This document shows, piece by piece, positions 61,129 through 64,000 of a DNA stretch of 64,000 nucleotides. The stretch covers positions 23,255,095 to 23,319,094 of the forward strand of contig NC_068988.1 in NCBI RefSeq assembly GCF_001194135.2, in the 5' to 3' direction. Numbering within the stretch: position 1 is the first letter of the stretch; each line of letters begins with the position of its first letter. Origin of the DNA: Octopus bimaculoides (Eukaryota). A model generated the notes under the pieces. It did no database searches and was not told the DNA's origin. It saw nothing but the letters and a program-made list of their open reading frames with translations. A program made the position numbers and the translations under genes.

Positions 61129-63472
61129 GTCTATCTATCTATTTATCTGCCGATATGTGTATGTGTTTGTGTTTATGGTTATAAATGTATATTTCCATAT
61201 GTGTATTTTTAATTGAGATTAATTTATTGTTTAATGAAATCAGAGTGAATGGACAGAATTGAAAGAAACGAGAAGGCCAGACATCTTAAAGAAGAATTTA
61301 AGCACCAAGTCAATTGTTTCCAACCAACCACAGAGAAAGAAAGCAATAATTACTCTGAACCAAACATAAAACAATATATATTTTAATAGGTTCTTATTTT
61401 TATATCACTCATTAACTTACAAATGAAACAATATTTTGTATAATTGCTTCTCATTTCTCTACCACTCATTAGCTTAAAAGCAACATAAAGAAACAGAAGA
61501 CATGAAAGAATATTAAGAAAAATTTATATCTTTGTTTAGTTCCCATAATCTAAATTCTTTGATTGGTAGCCATGAAACAAAAATATACCATCAAGATAAT
61601 GGTTTCTTACTTAGACAAGGCATTTACACTAATTACGTCATCGTTAGCAGACCTTATGATCAAAGACATTCAAGCCGTGACCTTTCCACTTTTTTGGCAA
61701 ACATAGTCTATCTAGGATTACATCATGTAGAGTACCCTTTCGTCAGTTTTTTGAGACAATAGTGTGTATGTGATTTGAGGAATATTTGGCTGCTCTGCTT
61801 ACAATATCGAGCAAAGTACAGAGGCCCTCTCATTGGATAAGCATTGTTTTTATCAGCATCTGAAATTGGCATAAATTTTCTTGTACATCTTCATAAATCT
61901 CATTTTTAGTACAAGGTCAAGGCCTATTCTATTATTGAACTTGATGAAATCTCATTTCCTTATAACAAGTAACCAACTTTCATAATGTTGTTGATTGAGG
62001 GACGGCGTCAATTAATGTACCCCCAAAACAAGCTGAAGTCCTTGAAGGGCAAAACCCCTTCCCCTTTAAACCTGTGGCATCAAAGTTGTGTGATACAGCA
62101 TATTGATTACATAGTGCTTTCAATGTTGTACAGTACAGTACTCTTGTCTATCAGGAATTGCAGCTTACAGGAATCAACTATTTGAAGACTGAATGGAAAT
62201 GTAACGCCATTGGTTTGATCCAACAACAGATTACCATTTAATATTTATAGAACAGGGTAACCCAAAAGTCATGGAAGGGTCTGAAAGTTTAATAAATTTG
62301 TTTTGATAAATTTTTTTTATTTGTAATTCACAAAATGTGACTCTTCACTCCTAATGTGTATGTATATATATAAAAACAAATAGAAAATGAGTGTATGCAT
62401 ATATACGTACAGGTATGTGCATACTGACATCCACCTGTATGTATAGGTGCATATCTGGGTACAGGACATTGCAAACAAAACGTAGACAAGAAAACACATA
62501 AGCCACATAGAGAACATTCTACTTCATCAGCTACCCCCGTTTTAACACTGGCGTTTCGAAGAGCTGGGTAGGACGCATCGTTAAAACGGCTCTTCCCATG
62601 GACCGCAAATTAAATTTGTATACACAAATTAAACCTTGCCATGGAGGAATGTAGTGGCGGACAAAAAACAAGACAGGAAAACAAACGGAAAAGGCTATAC
62701 GGCCAGATGGGAAAAAGTATGTGTGTATGNNNNNNNNNNNNNNNNNNNNNNNNNNNNNNNNNNNNNNNNNNNNNNNNNNNNNNNNNNNNNNNNNNNNNNN
62801 NNNNNNNNNNNNNNNNNNNNNNNNNNNNNNNNNNNNNNNNNNNNNNNNNNNNNNNNNNNNNNNNNNNNNNNNNNNNNNNNNNNNNNNNNNNNNNNNNNNN
62901 NNNNNNNNNNNNNNNNNNNNNNNNNNNNNNNNNNNNNNNNNNNNNNNNNNNNNNNNNNNNNNNNNNNNNNNNNNNNNNNNNNNNNNNNNNNNNNNNNNNN
63001 NNNNNNNNNNNNNNNNNNNNNNNNNNNNNNNNNNNNNNNNNNNNNNNNNNNNNNNNNNNNNNNNNNNNNNNNNNNNNNNNNNNNNNNNNNNNNNNNNNNN
63101 NNNNNNNNNNNNNNNNNNNNNNNNNNNNNNNNNNNNNNNNNNNNNNNNNNNNNNNNNNNNNNNNNNNNNNNNNNNNNNNNNNNNNNNNNNNNNNNNNNNN
63201 NNNNNNNNNNNNNNNNNNNNNNNNNNNNNNNNNNNNNNNNNNNNNNNNNNNGACAGAGGAAGAGAAAGAGAAAGAGATAGAGTAGCGTCGGAAAATATAA
63301 AGTTGCGATAACTACTTACAAAATTGGTGACGCTGCGTTCGGTCATGTAAAAACAAATAGAAAATGAGTATATGCATATATACGTACACATATATATATC
63401 TATATAGATGGGTCGTTGATGACCTCTTTCTAGCATATTGGATGTCCACCTAGTGGTCATCCCTTATACATG

Positions 63473-63521
<49 letters not shown>

Positions 63522-63759
63522 GTATGTATATATGCACATATATATATATAAACTCAGGGATAAAGAAATGAACATCAGAATTGCCCAATTCTGATCCTTA
63601 TTTCTTAACCACTGAGTTTGTTTTTCACCTTGGTTATTTTAATTGAGCACATTTATTTGCAGCCCTATATTTATTTTATTTTTCAGTTCCTATAAAGAGA
63701 AATGAAATTTTAAAATTATATATCTTGTTGCTTATATATATATAGACTACTGACCGAGA

Positions 63760-64000
63760 CCTTTGGAAATGTGCTGTGCGTGAGAGGACCCGGCAAGCCA
63801 AGTAAGATCGTTGCCAGTGCCCCTGGACTGGCTCTTGTGCGGGTGGCACATAAGATGCACCATTTTGAGCGTGGCCATTGCCAGTACCGCCTGACTGGCC
63901 TTCGTAGGATTTTCGAGCGAGATCGTTGCCAGTGCCCCATATCTGGCTTGTGCGGGTGGCACATAAAAGACACCATTTCGAGCGTGGCCGTTGCCAGTAT
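63760..64000 (+). mobile_element. Family A module array, running off the window
   Basis: Repeated gatcgttgccagtgcccc...ctggct(c)ttgtgcgggtggcacataa...ccattt(t)gagcgtggcc. Confidence 0.85.

Noticed and set aside
61232-62290. Several 17-55-codon open frames with splice-like signals on both strands (e.g. minus 61428-61479 MSGREMRSNYTKYCFI)
   Set aside because: Mutually inconsistent strands and phases; purine-rich DNA gives such frames by chance; needs RNA evidence.
3121-63460. Long ORFs in the track containing X runs or YI/HT/CV dipeptide repeats
   Set aside because: Artefacts of N-gaps and dinucleotide microsatellites.

Overview
Eukaryotic, AT-rich draft-assembly DNA with about 20 N-gaps, nearly all at microsatellite edges. 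It is saturated with (TA)n, (CA)n, (TATC)n, (GAT)n and (TAA)n repeats and short interspersed elements. The repeat families match what I recall of octopus genomes, so the source is probably an Octopus species; this is an inference, not checked. There is no complete gene, rRNA, true tRNA or CRISPR array, and nearly all ORFs in the supplied track are microsatellite or gap artefacts. Contents: (1) SINE-like families, labelled A-F and K here for convenience only, with visibly swapped head and tail modules. (2) Three R4/Dong-clade non-LTR retrotransposon fragments and two RTE-clade fragments. (3) MITEs with diagnostic TIRs and target-site duplications (three hAT-type, one piggyBac-type family, two Tc1/mariner-type). 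(4) A 137-bp x4 minisatellite with ABAB higher-order structure. (5) Several unconfirmed candidate exons on both strands. Best leads: an element 'guild' built on (TAA)n sites with consistent polarity (Dong and an unclassified head-less element on the TAA strand, SINE-C on the opposite strand); a hammerhead-ribozyme-like motif at about 7.07-7.17 kb; an AG|GTAAGT recursive-splice-like 39-nt microexon at 37.06 kb; and several non-TE hairpin or pseudoknot elements. Repeat boundaries were read by eye and are approximate (about 10-30 bp).
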